Positions 29,244-41,500 of a stretch of DNA of 64,000 bases are shown here, piece after piece. Origin of the DNA: Setoptus koraiensis (taxonomy: Eukaryota > Animalia > Arthropoda); contig CM106585.1 of assembly GCA_048013815.1 (NCBI GenBank), forward strand, positions 22,258,001 to 22,322,000, read 5' to 3'. How positions within the stretch are numbered: position 1 is the first letter of the stretch; each line of letters starts with the position of its first letter. The notes below the pieces were generated by a model. It made no database searches. It was given only the letters and a program-made list of their open reading frames with translations, and was not told the origin of the DNA. The position numbers were made by a program, and so were the translations under genes.

Positions 29244-31325
29244 CTATAATATCACATATTGAGCATAAAGCAATTGGCGAACTTTAAAATATTCAGGACA
29301 TAATGTCCCCTCCAAGTGTATCTTGCCACTTTCTCTTCTTCTAATTGCGACCTTCTCTTCGCAATAGAGAACTCCTCCAGAGAATTCAGCTTGAATGTTG
29401 TTGTTCATGAGAATTTGTTTGAAGTCTGACAGTTTGAGTTCATTGACAAATATTGCATTGTGTAGGGGAATTTGTTCTGCCGGTAACGCATCTAGAGAGG
29501 GTAGCAGCTCGGCAGTAGCAACGGGCTTTAGTTGGGATTTTTCTTCCGAGGGCTTTGCTTCGACATCAATCCAAGCAAGATCAACTCCGTTATAAGCTCT
29601 AACAAAATCTATTGAACTCATCAGGGCATCGCTAAGAGTCACTTGATAAATGTGATTTTCCGTTGTTACGTCCTCTGGTATACCTTTTTTGGGTATGAAC
29701 ACTTTGTCGCCCACATTGGCTTCGCATAGTTTTTTCAGTTTAAGAGATTCTTGTTCTGAGCCACGCACTAAGATGAGACGTCTAGGGCGGATTTTGCTGA
29801 TTAGATTTTTCACTGACTCGCCGTCGGCACGTCCCTCATAATCGAAAAAATAAATTTTAGCGTTCAAATCTAATGTTTGATTGATTTTAACACATTTCGT
29901 TGGCTTCACATGCGGTGTTTCTTCAATTTCTTCTTTTTGCTCATCGTTGTTGTCATCTGTTATGGCTGTAAAGAGAACAAAGTCTTCCGGCTTGATAATT
30001 TCACCGTAATCATCAAATTTTATTCTCTGCTCCACTGGCGCAGGAAACATGTACTGCTTTCTTTTTGATTGTTTGAAGAAATATACACCGGTTCCTCTTC
30101 TTCCATCTGTCATGAGATCGGACTCATCTTCGGACGAGTCAGGCGATTGACATTTGTTGTTGTTTACAGCTACCAGGGCCAGCTCACGAGCAATTTCCTC
30201 TTCTTTCAGCTCGACTCTTTGCCTGATTTCTAGCTCAATCTGTTTTGGCTTTAAGAGAACTTGGTGAGCTAATGTACCAGGACTACTTCTCTCTGTGAAG
30301 ATAATACAATTTTTTTCATCTGTGCACCACAATGTGAATAAGTCACGTGCAAACCCGCATTCTAGATCTGGTTGTGTAGCTAGGACTACCATGGGCTGGG
30401 GCAATAAAGCTAGATCCTGCAAGTTTTGTTTTAATTGTAGGTGTTTGAAACGGAATGGCGAGTCGCGCTTCTCTTCGAAAGTTTTTATAAACCTAGCGCT
30501 CATCCATTCAATAGTTGATCGCGCTATATCAATCACTTTGTTGGCGACATTGCTCACCATAGCTAGGGAATATGCTGAAAACTCTGGCTTGCTCCAGAGA
30601 TTATCTAGAAATAGTGACAGTTCTAAAACTCTCCCAGCTGTATCGGCCGCGATGAGAATATTACCGCCTCCCCTAAGTGTTTCTAAGATAGTTTTCTTTA
30701 TATCGTCATCGCGTTTACTTTGCTTCTTCTGGACATAGGAAGCGTTTGAGGCATCGGTTATGAGGAGACTTGGTCGTGATACGCCTTCCAAGACACAACG
30801 GTCAAGATGTTGCTCTTTAGTGTGATTAAAATCTACAGCATAGATTATGTCTTCTTCATCTTTGATTATCTTCCATATTGTGCCACCCAGCATATGACCT
30901 GCTCTAAGTGGCACAATAGAAAGTCCGTGGCCTTTTCCAGTGAGCTGTAGGCATTGATTATAACTCAAATTGGTGATTTTATCGAAGGCTTTCTCAATGT
31001 GCTCTTCATTGAATAAATCAAACTCTTCTCCATTCAATCGGGATAGCAATAGATCAGACATGAACATTCGTCCCATGAGGTTCACTGGCCTTGTCGCGTA
31101 AATAGGGCATGTGAGGCCACATTTTCCAACTAAGTAGGGCAAGGCTCCAAGATGAAATGGGTCAGGATATGTAATCAATACCGCATCCAAGTTCTTGATT
31201 GTATCTTCTGGAATGTCCGGTGCAGTAGCCTCATTCCATCCACAGTCGAGTAGACAGTTGAACTGGTCGATTTGCAAAAGGTAACATGGTCCACTGAGAG
31301 GTGTGAACTTAATAATAGATGTCAT
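29244..31325 (-). CDS. CPSF2: Cleavage and polyadenylation specificity factor subunit 2 (CPSF100), 693 aa, intronless
   Basis: MTSIIKF..LSG, LLDCGW, HLGALPY, AGHMLGGTIWKI, YAVDFNH, DYEGRADGES, LSDFKQIL..AEFSGGVL, C-terminal RQLLYAQYVIL: the metallo-beta-lactamase/beta-CASP CPSF100 signature. Confidence 0.97.
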   Translation of the reverse strand: MTSIIKFTPLSGPCYLLQIDQFNCLLDCGWNEATAPDIPEDTIKNLDAVLITYPDPFHLGALPYLVGKCGLTCPIYATRPVNLMGRMFMSDLLLSRLNGEEFDLFNEEHIEKAFDKITNLSYNQCLQLTGKGHGLSIVPLRAGHMLGGTIWKIIKDEEDIIYAVDFNHTKEQHLDRCVLEGVSRPSLLITDASNASYVQKKQSKRDDDIKKTILETLRGGGNILIAADTAGRVLELSLFLDNLWSKPEFSAYSLAMVSNVANKVIDIARSTIEWMSARFIKTFEEKRDSPFRFKHLQLKQNLQDLALLPQPMVVLATQPDLECGFARDLFTLWCTDEKNCIIFTERSSPGTLAHQVLLKPKQIELEIRQRVELKEEEIARELALVAVNNNKCQSPDSSEDESDLMTDGRRGTGVYFFKQSKRKQYMFPAPVEQRIKFDDYGEIIKPEDFVLFTAITDDNNDEQKEEIEETPHVKPTKCVKINQTLDLNAKIYFFDYEGRADGESVKNLISKIRPRRLILVRGSEQESLKLKKLCEANVGDKVFIPKKGIPEDVTTENHIYQVTLSDALMSSIDFVRAYNGVDLAWIDVEAKPSEEKSQLKPVATAELLPSLDALPAEQIPLHNAIFVNELKLSDFKQILMNNNIQAEFSGGVLYCEEKVAIRRRESGKIHLEGTLCPEYFKVRQLLYAQYVIL

Positions 31326-32023
31326 GTCTAGAGTGTTGAACTAATAAATAATGCTAATTCTCTCTTATGTCTGGATAGTGTAGATAACCGAGAGTATTTA
31401 CTATGATTCAGGCGATGTGATTTGGTTGTTGGATCAGATTTAAACTCATGCCTCCGAAAAAAGCGCGCCAAGTTCAAGCAGTCTTTTTGCCAATTTCACT
31501 TAGGACACTCCCTTCCAATTAGGGAGATCCTCTTGTTGCTCAATGCATTTGTGAACTAATCTAGCGTTGGGAGGTAAAGATTCTCCTCAGATAGCCGAGT
31601 GAGAAGAAAAACTTTTGTTTTCATATGGAAATTTTAGTATTTATCTGCTGTCCAGATTTACTTGTTGAATGGCAGGAATGGTATGAATTGAAAATCTTTA
31701 GATAGGTCTGAAATATATGGAGAAACGCCATTCATACAATAGAGGCGGTCGACGATGGTTTTGAAAAGCTACATTGTCACAAGAGGAGGACGGTTATCAA
31801 CCGTTAGTGGATGGCGAATCGAAGAACAGTTTTCTGCTAATACCGTTTGATAACGGTATCGAGAAAGAAAGGCAAATAAACTGAAGTTGTCCTTCAAATA
31901 AACATATTTGAGATACAATCAGGGAGTTTAGATTTAGCTAATTTTAAATATCTTTCTTATCTTTATCATCGTTTTATAATATTAGTAAAAGAATACGGAC
32001 GAAAGAGGTAGTAGTGGTTTGCT

Positions 32024-33217
32024 TTAACTTGACAATAGTGTGTTGTCATCAAATATGGACGATATAGTTTCAGTTTCATCTAATGCAAATATGTAATGCT
32101 CTTCTCGGTCATTGTTGAAAGGAAGATACTTAGACAGCATGTTATCGGGCTCATGGTGCTGCTGATGGTGACGATGGTGCGTGTTGGTGTTGTTATTGTT
32201 GTTGATGTGCAAATCTATGGCTGACGATAATGTGGGATCATTGGCAGACAAGGCAGAATTGGGCTCATTATCACTGAGGCCAGGAGTAGCGCTATATAAA
32301 TTATTGTTGTTGTTACTAAGATGTCGATGATTGTGATGATGCGAGGCATAGTTGTGGGCGTGCTGCGAGTAGTCGGTTATTTGATCATCGTAATTTACGT
32401 TTAAATTATTGTTATTATTATTATTATTATGATTATTACTGTAAGTGGAAGAGGAATGATAATGCTGATGGTGGTGCTGATAATGATGCGATGTGGAATA
32501 GTCATTTGGACATAGATAAACCTCAATTTCACCACTTTCGCTTTTCATCCAAATTTGTAAATTTTCATTGACTTCTAATCTAGTGTTTGGTGGCGCTTTG
32601 ACAGCTATGACTGTTTGATCAATAAAGAATTGTTTGACATCATGATAGGTTACAAAAGCCTGTTCGCTACACAGGTCAGTATTAATTTGTTGCTCTAGCA
32701 GCTTGATTTTCTCCTCCAACATTTGATCTGTTTGTTGTAGAGCCTTTAATTCCATCATTTGTTTAGCTTGTATATCGACCGGTTGCAATTGTTTTGTTAG
32801 CGATGTTAGTGGTAAATTGTGTGGCATTAAAGCACCAAAGGGCGTATTGTTTGGCTGTAATTGTATTTGAGAGGCCAGACTAATGTGAGTGGTCTTTTGG
32901 ATGGTGCTCTTTGAGATCTTTTGCAACAAACCAATGCCCTCCAATACATTTGTAATATCATAGATTCGTCTTTTTTTAACATCTAAAACTTTTGAGGCGT
33001 TATTAAGATCAATCATACCATTTGGAGTTCTCTCTAGCAAGTCGATGAAGCGTTCAGTGAGGTCTGTGAGGGTATTTTTGTGCCTGTTGCTATTACTAGT
33101 GATGCTGTGTTGGCTGGAGCTGGCAGCCCCCAGGGAGTGGTTGCTCTGTTGCGAGGCCGGCTGGCTGGAACTGGGCATCGCCTGGTAGAAGACTGGCTGT
33201 GAGGTGGTGGCCATCAT
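32024..33217 (-). CDS. E2F: E2F-family transcription factor, 397 aa, intronless
   Basis: Winged-helix DBD with [16 protein letters not shown], coiled coil, marked box ([12 protein letters not shown]...IEVYLCP) and a C-terminal Rb-pocket-like motif [16 protein letters not shown]. Confidence 0.93.
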   Translation of the reverse strand: MMATTSQPVFYQAMPSSSQPASQQSNHSLGAASSSQHSITSNSNRHKNTLTDLTERFIDLLERTPNGMIDLNNASKVLDVKKRRIYDITNVLEGIGLLQKISKSTIQKTTHISLASQIQLQPNNTPFGALMPHNLPLTSLTKQLQPVDIQAKQMMELKALQQTDQMLEEKIKLLEQQINTDLCSEQAFVTYHDVKQFFIDQTVIAVKAPPNTRLEVNENLQIWMKSESGEIEVYLCPNDYSTSHHYQHHHQHYHSSSTYSNNHNNNNNNNNLNVNYDDQITDYSQHAHNYASHHHNHRHLSNNNNNLYSATPGLSDNEPNSALSANDPTLSSAIDLHINNNNNTNTHHRHHQQHHEPDNMLSKYLPFNNDREEHYIFALDETETISSIFDDNTLLSS

Positions 33218-34350
33218 GATTGTGTAAAATTAATCGTTGTTGTATTGTAAATAATGTGTGATAATAATATCGAGACGATGATATGATCTCTCAATCGAGC
33301 GTTGCAATTGTTCGAGTTGCGAGTCTCTGCGGTGCGGGCCGGGCCGGGCCGATCTTTGTGGATTGGTTCGGGGGGGGGGGGCTGGAAATTAGAATAGCAA
33401 GTGCAAGGTTACAGGGTGAGGCTGTCGAGAGGAGCAAGGGGTCTGCGGATAGAGAGTTAAAATGACAATTGATCGAACAATGTTGCTATCAGACGGTCAT
33501 GACACTGTTATCACACTAGTGGGGCCTTTAATAACGAAACAATGCGTGCTCGCCCGTTGGTTCCTTTAAATGGTTGTTGTTCGATTGGAATAAATCCGAG
33601 CGATAGTAAAATGATTGCTGTTTGTTTGTTTGTCTGTCTGTCTGTCTGCTTTATATCTCTCTCTCATTCTGTGTCGTTTCTAACATGTCGGTGCCCGTCG
33701 CTCACTCTCTCGCTTTGTGTGTCTGTCCGTTTGTCTGCGTATGTTATTATTCATCTATCTACTTTATGTTGTATACTAACACTAGCGATATTGCTATTAC
33801 TATTAGTATTAGTATTACCACTGGTATTATTATTACTATATGCTAGCGAGTCTATTCGGTCGTCTTCATTCCTTTCGTTTTTGTCTATCTACGCTCTATA
33901 GCGTATTCTACACACTATAGAATATCTATAGTGTTTGTCAGTCTGTCTGTCTGTCTGTGTGTGTCGGTCTGCCTGCCTGCCCGACTGTCTGTTTCAGGAT
34001 TGGCATCAACAACAGTGTGTGTGTCGGTGTGTATCTGACGACGAGCCAGTCTGTGTGTTCTATACTCTTGAAAACGAACACGCACACACACACACACACA
34101 TTTCATTGCTGGTGCACTCTATATGGACACACGCATTTGAGAGCAATGTTATTGCTACATCATGTACCATTAACATTGCCACTGTGTTAAATGACTAACG
34201 CACTCTGCCCGCAACAACGCAGCGAAATATTTTTAAACGCCGAACCAAATACTGAACCAAATTCAACACAACCAAACCAAACCGAACCAACCAACAAACG
34301 AACAAAACCTACCTTCATTACATTCCCCTCTGTGCGTATGCTATGTGAAC

Positions 34351-34381
<31 letters not shown>

Positions 34382-35994
34382 ACTTTCAACACAGTGGAGA
34401 AAGTTCTCTGAACACGCTTTGTGTGCTTCCAACTGGGCGCCAATATTCCAAATCAGCTGATGGCGGTACGTTCGTCTCTTTAAGCACTTGCCATTCCTTG
34501 TGCGTCTGTAGCCATTATTGTCTTGCTTTGTCTAGCATGCTGGCGCATGCGCACCGCCTCACTTCCAACGTGTGCTCGTCTCTTATTGGAATAGTTTCAC
34601 ACTAACAGTTAGCGACTAGCATGGTGTTACTGTATCACTGGCTATACTGCCAATTCTGCATACATTATCCAATGCACTTACAGGCGCCTGTAACTTACAG
34701 CGCTTTCCCTCAAAATCGGACAGGGGTGCTGGCATTTTGGTTCTGGAATGCTCGATTGAATCAAAATAAAAAATCAATTCAACACGACACACTCTTCAGC
34801 CTCGCCAGCCCGCTGCGCCCCTGGCGGACGAATTATAGGAACTGTAGGAACATTGAAAAGAGAGCAACGCGTGTTATTGTTGTACAGCTTGTTGTGATAC
34901 TTGTTGCTTTGAATCTTATTTTGTTTCACACTGTATAGGGGTACCAGCACCAAATGACAAAGGCACAGAGGCACCTGTGCAGCACAGTGGCACAGAACAC
35001 GCGCTGCAAAAAGACAGCACTCCTTGCACCCAGTCCACAACGTACACAGCCAGACTGCTGTTGTTGATGTCGCACGGTGTGATTGTGCACACTTTGTGCT
35101 TGAGTCGCTTCCACTGTGCATCTGAGAAAATGCACCGTGTATGACAGCGTGGCATTATCTACAGGAACTTGGTCATTTGCTCCTCACACCCTGTACCGTT
35201 GGTTAACACGTACACTACATACGTTGTGAGTACAAGATGAGATAGAGTTACTGTTGTCACACTGTATTTCGACCTAGGAGAGGGGTTGTCCCATTTCGAG
35301 TCAGTTTCAATTTGGGTCTCCGATCTTCAAAATTAGGTTACTATTGGACGGGTCTCCCTCAGGTGAACCCAGGAATCTGGTTCATTTCTGCTTCCGGTTT
35401 GTCGTTCCCAAGCCGCGCCCTTCTCTCGCGCAATTTTTACCTCTGGTTTTTACTGTGAAATGTGTTTATGTTCGAGCTGACCTCTTTATGAGGAACTATA
35501 GAACAAAAAAAAAGCAAGAAAAGTCGCATAGTCTGGCAGAAAATCAAAAAAAAAACTACGATCTAGCTTGGGAATTAGGACCACAATTTTCTCGTACATG
35601 CGCCATGTATTATGAGAGCAACGTATCGTTTTATGAGACCTTTTATAAACTAGTGCGCTTGTACGCCTATTTAACAAAATACTTCGATCGATTTTGTCAA
35701 TGATTTTGTTACATGCACAAAAGCAAACGACTTGTCATCTAAATCAATATCTAATTCCAAACGACTTGATCAACAGGTGTAAGTAGGCGAAATGATGAAG
35801 AATTGATCGCCAATGATCTGCTCAGATATTCACTATTTTGTGAAAAACCGCGAAAAAGGGCGTAGCTTGTGAACGTCAAACAGGAAACAGAAATAGATTC
35901 CTAAAAATAAAGAGACCTCTCTAACCATATTTTTGGAAATTGAAGACCCAAATAAAAACGCCTCAAAATGGGGCAACCCTCATGATTCCGATTT

Positions 35995-36307
35995 TCTGAC
36001 ATTCTTTCTGTTAAGTTTGTAAGCTTGGTCCACCTAGCTAATAAGGTCTAGAATAGGCCAATTGATTGGTAAACTTTTTTTTAGTCGAGTCACATCCTCT
36101 GGGATACTTAAGTAATCGTTGGCGCCGGATATGATTGCGATCGACGGGCACTTTATCCTAGAAAGATCATATTCTGGCGGCTGGGTCATGTTGTAAGCTC
36201 TCAAATTATCCTCCTCATTCATATAGTCATATCTTGTGAACTAACCCTTGTAGAAGAGTTGTGCCAATTGCAAAAGTGAGTTCAAACTGGACAGTCGCAG
36301 AAGATGA
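35995..36307 (-). pseudogene. Inverted, truncated duplicate of the 3' part of the neighbouring lipase gene
   Basis: Reverse complement of 36062..36290 matches lipase 37899..38127 with 4 mismatches by eye, one creating TAG (AAG to TAG). 81 nt of the parent containing the catalytic His are replaced by 3 nt. Flanks are more diverged. Confidence 0.9.
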
Positions 36308-36808
36308 TGTCACTTTAGAGGACTTTTGATAACATGGTGTGGGCCATTTGTTTTGTCTTATGGAGATTTCCTTTCGATTGGTAGTGATAAGTTTGAGATG
36401 AAGACGAGTCACGTGACGTTCAAATGGATAGTATTTGTCAAGATCAAGCACACGAGACCGTCGTGAATCACGATTTCCAGGATTAGTCATCATCAAACAG
36501 ATGATAGATGATAACTAGTAATTGTTGGTCAAGGGTAAATGCTAGGGATTTTGGCGGTTTTTAATTGATCGTGATTGATATTTGGTGGTAGTGGCAGATT
36601 CGTGTCAGTTCACACATAGGTCAAAAGTTTGAAGTGATGTCGAGACACGCGACATTGTTGAGAAGGGTTATATTCATCTGGAACACTCAATCTCGAGCAC
36701 AATAACAATTTGCAGGACAATTTTGGTGCAAAAGCTGGCACAGAAAGTATATAAGAAGTGTCAGTGCTCCGAGCTTGATCATTGAGATTACTATTTGGGT
36801 CGATCACC

Positions 36809-38302
36809 ATGGCCAAGATGTATGCCAAGTTTTTATTGATATTTCAATATATCCTTATCCTTGGCTGTCATCACATGGTTAGATGCGGCCTAATTGACGA
36901 CTATCAACTAATAAAACAGTATGCCGACACTAGCAATGATCATCTCGCTCAAGCTAACACTCAGGACTTAATTACTAAAGCGGGATTCAAGTATGAGATT
37001 CACTACGCCACCAGCACAGACGGTTACGTTTTACAATTGATAAGACTAATCAACCCATTAGTTGACCGTAAAAATTTGAGATATCTACCTGTTTTAGTTC
37101 ATCATGGTCAGACATTGTGTTCGGCGACTTTTGTGCAACAGTCGAATAATAGACACTTTCCCATGCCATATCCCCCTGTAACAGCTAACGCCTCAAATCA
37201 CTCGACAAGCGAGCGCTATCCCAATCCTCATCATCAAGGCCATTACGTTAAGATGTCATCAAAAGAGTTTAGAATATCACATCGCGTCGACAATAGCTCA
37301 CTGGGCGGGCATAGATCAAGTAAGCGGGCCCTTGCTCTAGCTTTAAGCAATGAAGGCCACGATGTTTGGTTGTTAAGCTCTAGAGGTGTGGATGCCAACA
37401 CGAGAATAGTGGACCGTGGAAAGCCGCAAAAAATACAGATTAACAAATATTGGTCATTCGGTCAAGACGAACAAGCGCTGAAAGATCTACCTTCACAAAT
37501 CGACAAGGTTCTGGAGATAACCAGAAGGAAGAAACTCAATTACATTGGATATTCACAAAGTACCACAATCATGTTTGCCTTGTTATCTTGGCGCCCGGAA
37601 ACTGCCAACAAGGTACACACTTTCGTCGCTATATCCCCCATTGTCTTCATGGACCACATCAAAGGTTTACTTCAGCCACCATTCCACTTGATAGCGCCGA
37701 TGGTACCAAAAATAAACTTTCCACTCCTTGGTCCCGACTTCATCGCCGATACCCTAAGATTTGCACTTTTAGCTTTCTGTGGCGACCCTACAATTAGGTA
37801 CACAGTTTGCTCGTCAGGTTTAAACTTGTTTTTGGGTTATAGTCCTTTTATGCAGACAAATCTGGAACTACCAATACTGGGTCATCTTTTGCAACTCTCC
37901 AGTTTGAACTCACTTTTGCAATTGGCACAATTCTCCTACAAGGGTAAGTTCACAAGATATGACTATATGAATGAGGAGGATAATTTGAGAGCTTACAACA
38001 TGACCCAGCCGCCAGAATATGATCTTTCTAGGATAAAGTGCCCGTCGATCGCAATCATATCCGGCGCCAACGATTACTTAAGTACCCCAGAGGATGTGAC
38101 TCGACTAAAAAAAAGTTTACCAATCAAGCCAGTTCTCGATTTGGAAGTGCCCGACTATAATCATCTTGATTTATCGGCAGCACGAGATATAGACATCCAG
38201 GTAAATCAGCCTATTTTAGACCTTCTCAATAAAGTTGACCAAGCTTACAAACCTGATGGAAAGATTGTCAGAGTACGACGACACCCAGTTTTTGTTTATT
38301 AG
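36809..38302 (+). CDS. Secreted acid lipase family (LIPA/gastric lipase/lipase-3-like) alpha/beta hydrolase, intronless
   Basis: Hydrophobic N-terminus from ATG 36809. STDGYVLQLIR (abhydro-lipase region), HHG, GHDVWL.SSRG, YWSF..DE.A..DLP..ID, nucleophile IGYSQS, lid Cys pair FCGDPTIRYTVC, catalytic D (GANDYLS) and H (YNHLD). Confidence 0.93.
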   Translation: MAKMYAKFLLIFQYILILGCHHMVRCGLIDDYQLIKQYADTSNDHLAQANTQDLITKAGFKYEIHYATSTDGYVLQLIRLINPLVDRKNLRYLPVLVHHGQTLCSATFVQQSNNRHFPMPYPPVTANASNHSTSERYPNPHHQGHYVKMSSKEFRISHRVDNSSLGGHRSSKRALALALSNEGHDVWLLSSRGVDANTRIVDRGKPQKIQINKYWSFGQDEQALKDLPSQIDKVLEITRRKKLNYIGYSQSTTIMFALLSWRPETANKVHTFVAISPIVFMDHIKGLLQPPFHLIAPMVPKINFPLLGPDFIADTLRFALLAFCGDPTIRYTVCSSGLNLFLGYSPFMQTNLELPILGHLLQLSSLNSLLQLAQFSYKGKFTRYDYMNEEDNLRAYNMTQPPEYDLSRIKCPSIAIISGANDYLSTPEDVTRLKKSLPIKPVLDLEVPDYNHLDLSAARDIDIQVNQPILDLLNKVDQAYKPDGKIVRVRRHPVFVY

Positions 38303-38322
38303 GTGCACATTATATTATAAGC

Positions 38323-38328
38323 AATAAA
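38323..38328 (+). promoter_or_regulatory. Polyadenylation signal of the lipase gene
   Basis: AATAAA 20 nt after the lipase stop codon. Confidence 0.55.
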
Positions 38329-38494
38329 AACTATGCCGTCAGTAGGCACAATCAGATGGAGGTTTTTAGAGGAACACACTCAACACATTGTTATTGACTG
38401 TTCGCGACGATACAAGATATTTAAAATAATATACATATTTATACATTATACGCATAAATGAAATTAAACAGTGATAGACCAACTGAATTTAACT

Positions 38495-38500
38495 TTTATT
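38495..38500 (-). promoter_or_regulatory. Polyadenylation signal of DCAF1
   Basis: AATAAA on the minus strand ~85 nt after the DCAF1 stop. Confidence 0.5.
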
Positions 38501-38583
38501 TATTTACAAATTAATGGGTGAAGGCTGTCTCATGACGGTAAAGACTTTTCCTCTCAATCAATTATTTAGCCCATACTCAAAAA

Positions 38584-41500
38584 TCAAATTTCATCAATAT
38601 CTTCATACTCGTCGTCGTCATCATCGGCATAACGATCATTGTCTACATTGTCTGTGTGGGAATCAGGATTATCAGACCCCGGACCAAATCTGAATGGTGC
38701 CACTAGCTCATCTTCAGATCCAGAGTTGACGACTGAAGATTCATCTGACTCTTCGTTCTCTTCTTCTTCGTCAGTTTCCATTACTTCAAAGTCATCTTCG
38801 TAATCATAATTTCCTACATCCTCGTCGTCATCATCATCATCATCGTCATCATCATCTTCATCATCGACATCCTCATCTTCGTCTTGATCGTCCTCTTCAG
38901 CCATATCAATATCTTCTCGGTATTTGGAGCGTCCTATCTCATAGATTCTGCAAACATTTGACTCAGTCTGATAGTCAGAATACCTGCAATTCACACTAGA
39001 TTCAACCAATGCGATATGTTCATCTGTGGGGTTGACTGCAAGATCTGAAATAGTTCTTTTGAGGTCTATGGTGGCAATCGTAGAGTAGTCGTGAGAATCA
39101 AATGTTCGGAACGATGTCTTAAACTCGTTCTTGAGTATTGGGAGCTCGTCCGTTACTTGATCATCTATAATGGTAGAGAATATCACATCACCGGTAGAGT
39201 TAAAACTGAGCTGACATCCATCAAAAGCATGGACTTCTCTTAGAAGCCTGAAGTTTCTTAGATCCCAAATATGAAAATTTGATATGATCTCGTTACCATT
39301 AGGATGAAAAATACCACTTATTCTTTCGTTGTATTTACCAAATTCATGTACTACAGACCCGGATCTTACGTCCCAGAGAGTCCCATCGTTCAATACAAGA
39401 TTATCGTCGTAACTCATTGTGGCACGATTAGACAGATATTCGTGATTACATTCATATTTTTGTATCACTTGACCAGTAGAGACATCCCACAACCTTGCAT
39501 ACAGTCCCTGTGTGGATATAACCCTTGATGAAGAAGTCTTGCCAAATTCTGCGTGAGTATCGTTATCAAATTTTAATTTGCGTTCAAAGATATCTGTAAA
39601 GGTCCACAAGAGACATACAGGTGCTGCAGTGACTGGGGACGTAGTAATGATGAGAGATCCGTCCTTTGATGGACCAATATAGCCCAATGGTCCGTTGTGA
39701 CAATCATAAGTAGCGTCGACAACTCCCGTGCTAACATTGAATGCTTTTAGTGAACCTTCTTGTGTTCCGACAAATAAGAAATGGTCTACATAGGAAAAGG
39801 CACAACAGGTGCTGTTGGTAGTTCTAGCATCGATACTATCACGCACTAATTTTAGTGGTCTAAATTTGCTATAAATATATTGCCTGTCGTATTTGGCACC
39901 ATTCATACCACCACAAGGAGGGTAAATCTGACGCTGACGGATTCTTGAGGCTATATTGAGAGGAGCCATACGTCTATTCGAAGGTTCAGGGCAACAGTGG
40001 GGTGCTAACAAGTCGAAAGGAGGACACGTGGCCACCGGGTATTTACAGCGCCCATGTAGATTCCGTAGATACTCTTTGATTATATAATCCAACTCCATAT
40101 TTTGATCCTCTTGTTGTCTGTTCATACGACTGTAGGTTGGCTGAACTTCTTTTAGATCTGTTTTCTGCATCGCTGATGAGCGGGGAGTTTGTTGAGTGAT
40201 GGATAAATTATGAGAAATAGACTTGTTCAGCTTGAAATGCGTTGGTATGGTTCCTCCGTTAACAATTGGCTGGTTTACTTCATTGAGCAAATTAGTAGAT
40301 AACGGCGATGATAGTGTTACAGGCATGGTAAGTTGTCGATTATTCAGACGATTCTGGAAAGTATTCATGGTAGTGGCATTACGCGAAGTTTTGATGGGCT
40401 TATTCATCAGCTTTGCTTCCTTGAAGAATACAGCTGCCGATTCTGTTAAACTTTCAGAGAGTAAGAATTTATGTAATAAATGATATAGTCCTTCTTTATG
40501 ATACTCAATCCTTGTCTGTGAGGCTATCAGACGCCGCTTAATTTCATCAACTGATGAGCCTTCACCCGAAAGAGAAGTAACAGGTGTGCCTGTGACAAGC
40601 TCGATCAGTTCCCTGCAGAATTTGGAAAACGTTGCATGTTCGTTCTTTTTCTCTTGCAGTATCGGTTCCTTCATAAGTGTTTGCAATTCTCCCTCGAGAA
40701 ATAACGGTGATTTACTAAGGATTTGGCGAATTTTTTCTTCTTTGGCTAAACCACACAGAACTCTGCAAGCGAGGGCACGTATTGAATCCGCGTCTGTTGG
40801 ACATCTAGAACGCGAAGGTGTAGTAAGAAGTTTTGGCAAAATCATAGTACCATTGCTTTTCCATACGGCATTACGTAACTTTGCCGAGAAATCAATAAAA
40901 TTTCTGACTGTTGATCTCTTTTTGGAACTTCCTGGATTATTTTTCGCAGAACCAGTAGGTGTAGATATACTTATATTTGCTTTCTCGCCCATTATGGCGG
41001 AGGTATTCGATAATCTAGCAACGTTAGTACTAACTAAGTTGATTAAGATATTGAGAGCAGACTTTAGACAATCAACCTCTTTGGGCTCAGGTGCGTACAT
41101 CTTCTTCGGATCAGTGCACAAGACGATGACTTTCATGGCAGGCAGACTTTCAATAGCTGGTGGGTCGCTGTGGTCGACAACAACACGGATAGTTTCCTTG
41201 AGAAGGAGATTTTGTACTTTAGGAGCCAATGAACATACTAACAAAACTTCCAGTGCATTCCTAATTGTTTCAGTTTTACCAGTAAACAATATACTCTCAT
41301 CACTGTAGTGAGCAATGAGTTTGAGAAGGTATGTTATTCCCTCCTCTTGAACTAATTTGTCCAACGCCCTCCAGTTATGCCTAGTGACTGAGCCTTGACG
41401 GTGAATCTCCACACAGTCTAAAACGCTTTCGTCGGAGAGACCAATAGGTTTGCATTCGTTGTCTGATTGACCATTCGTTCTCGTCAAGCGCAACGTCTCC

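Noticed and set aside
31480-31800. Stop-interrupted protein-like fragments between CPSF2 and E2F
   Set aside because: Could not assign to a transposase or any family; more simply promoter/UTR sequence.
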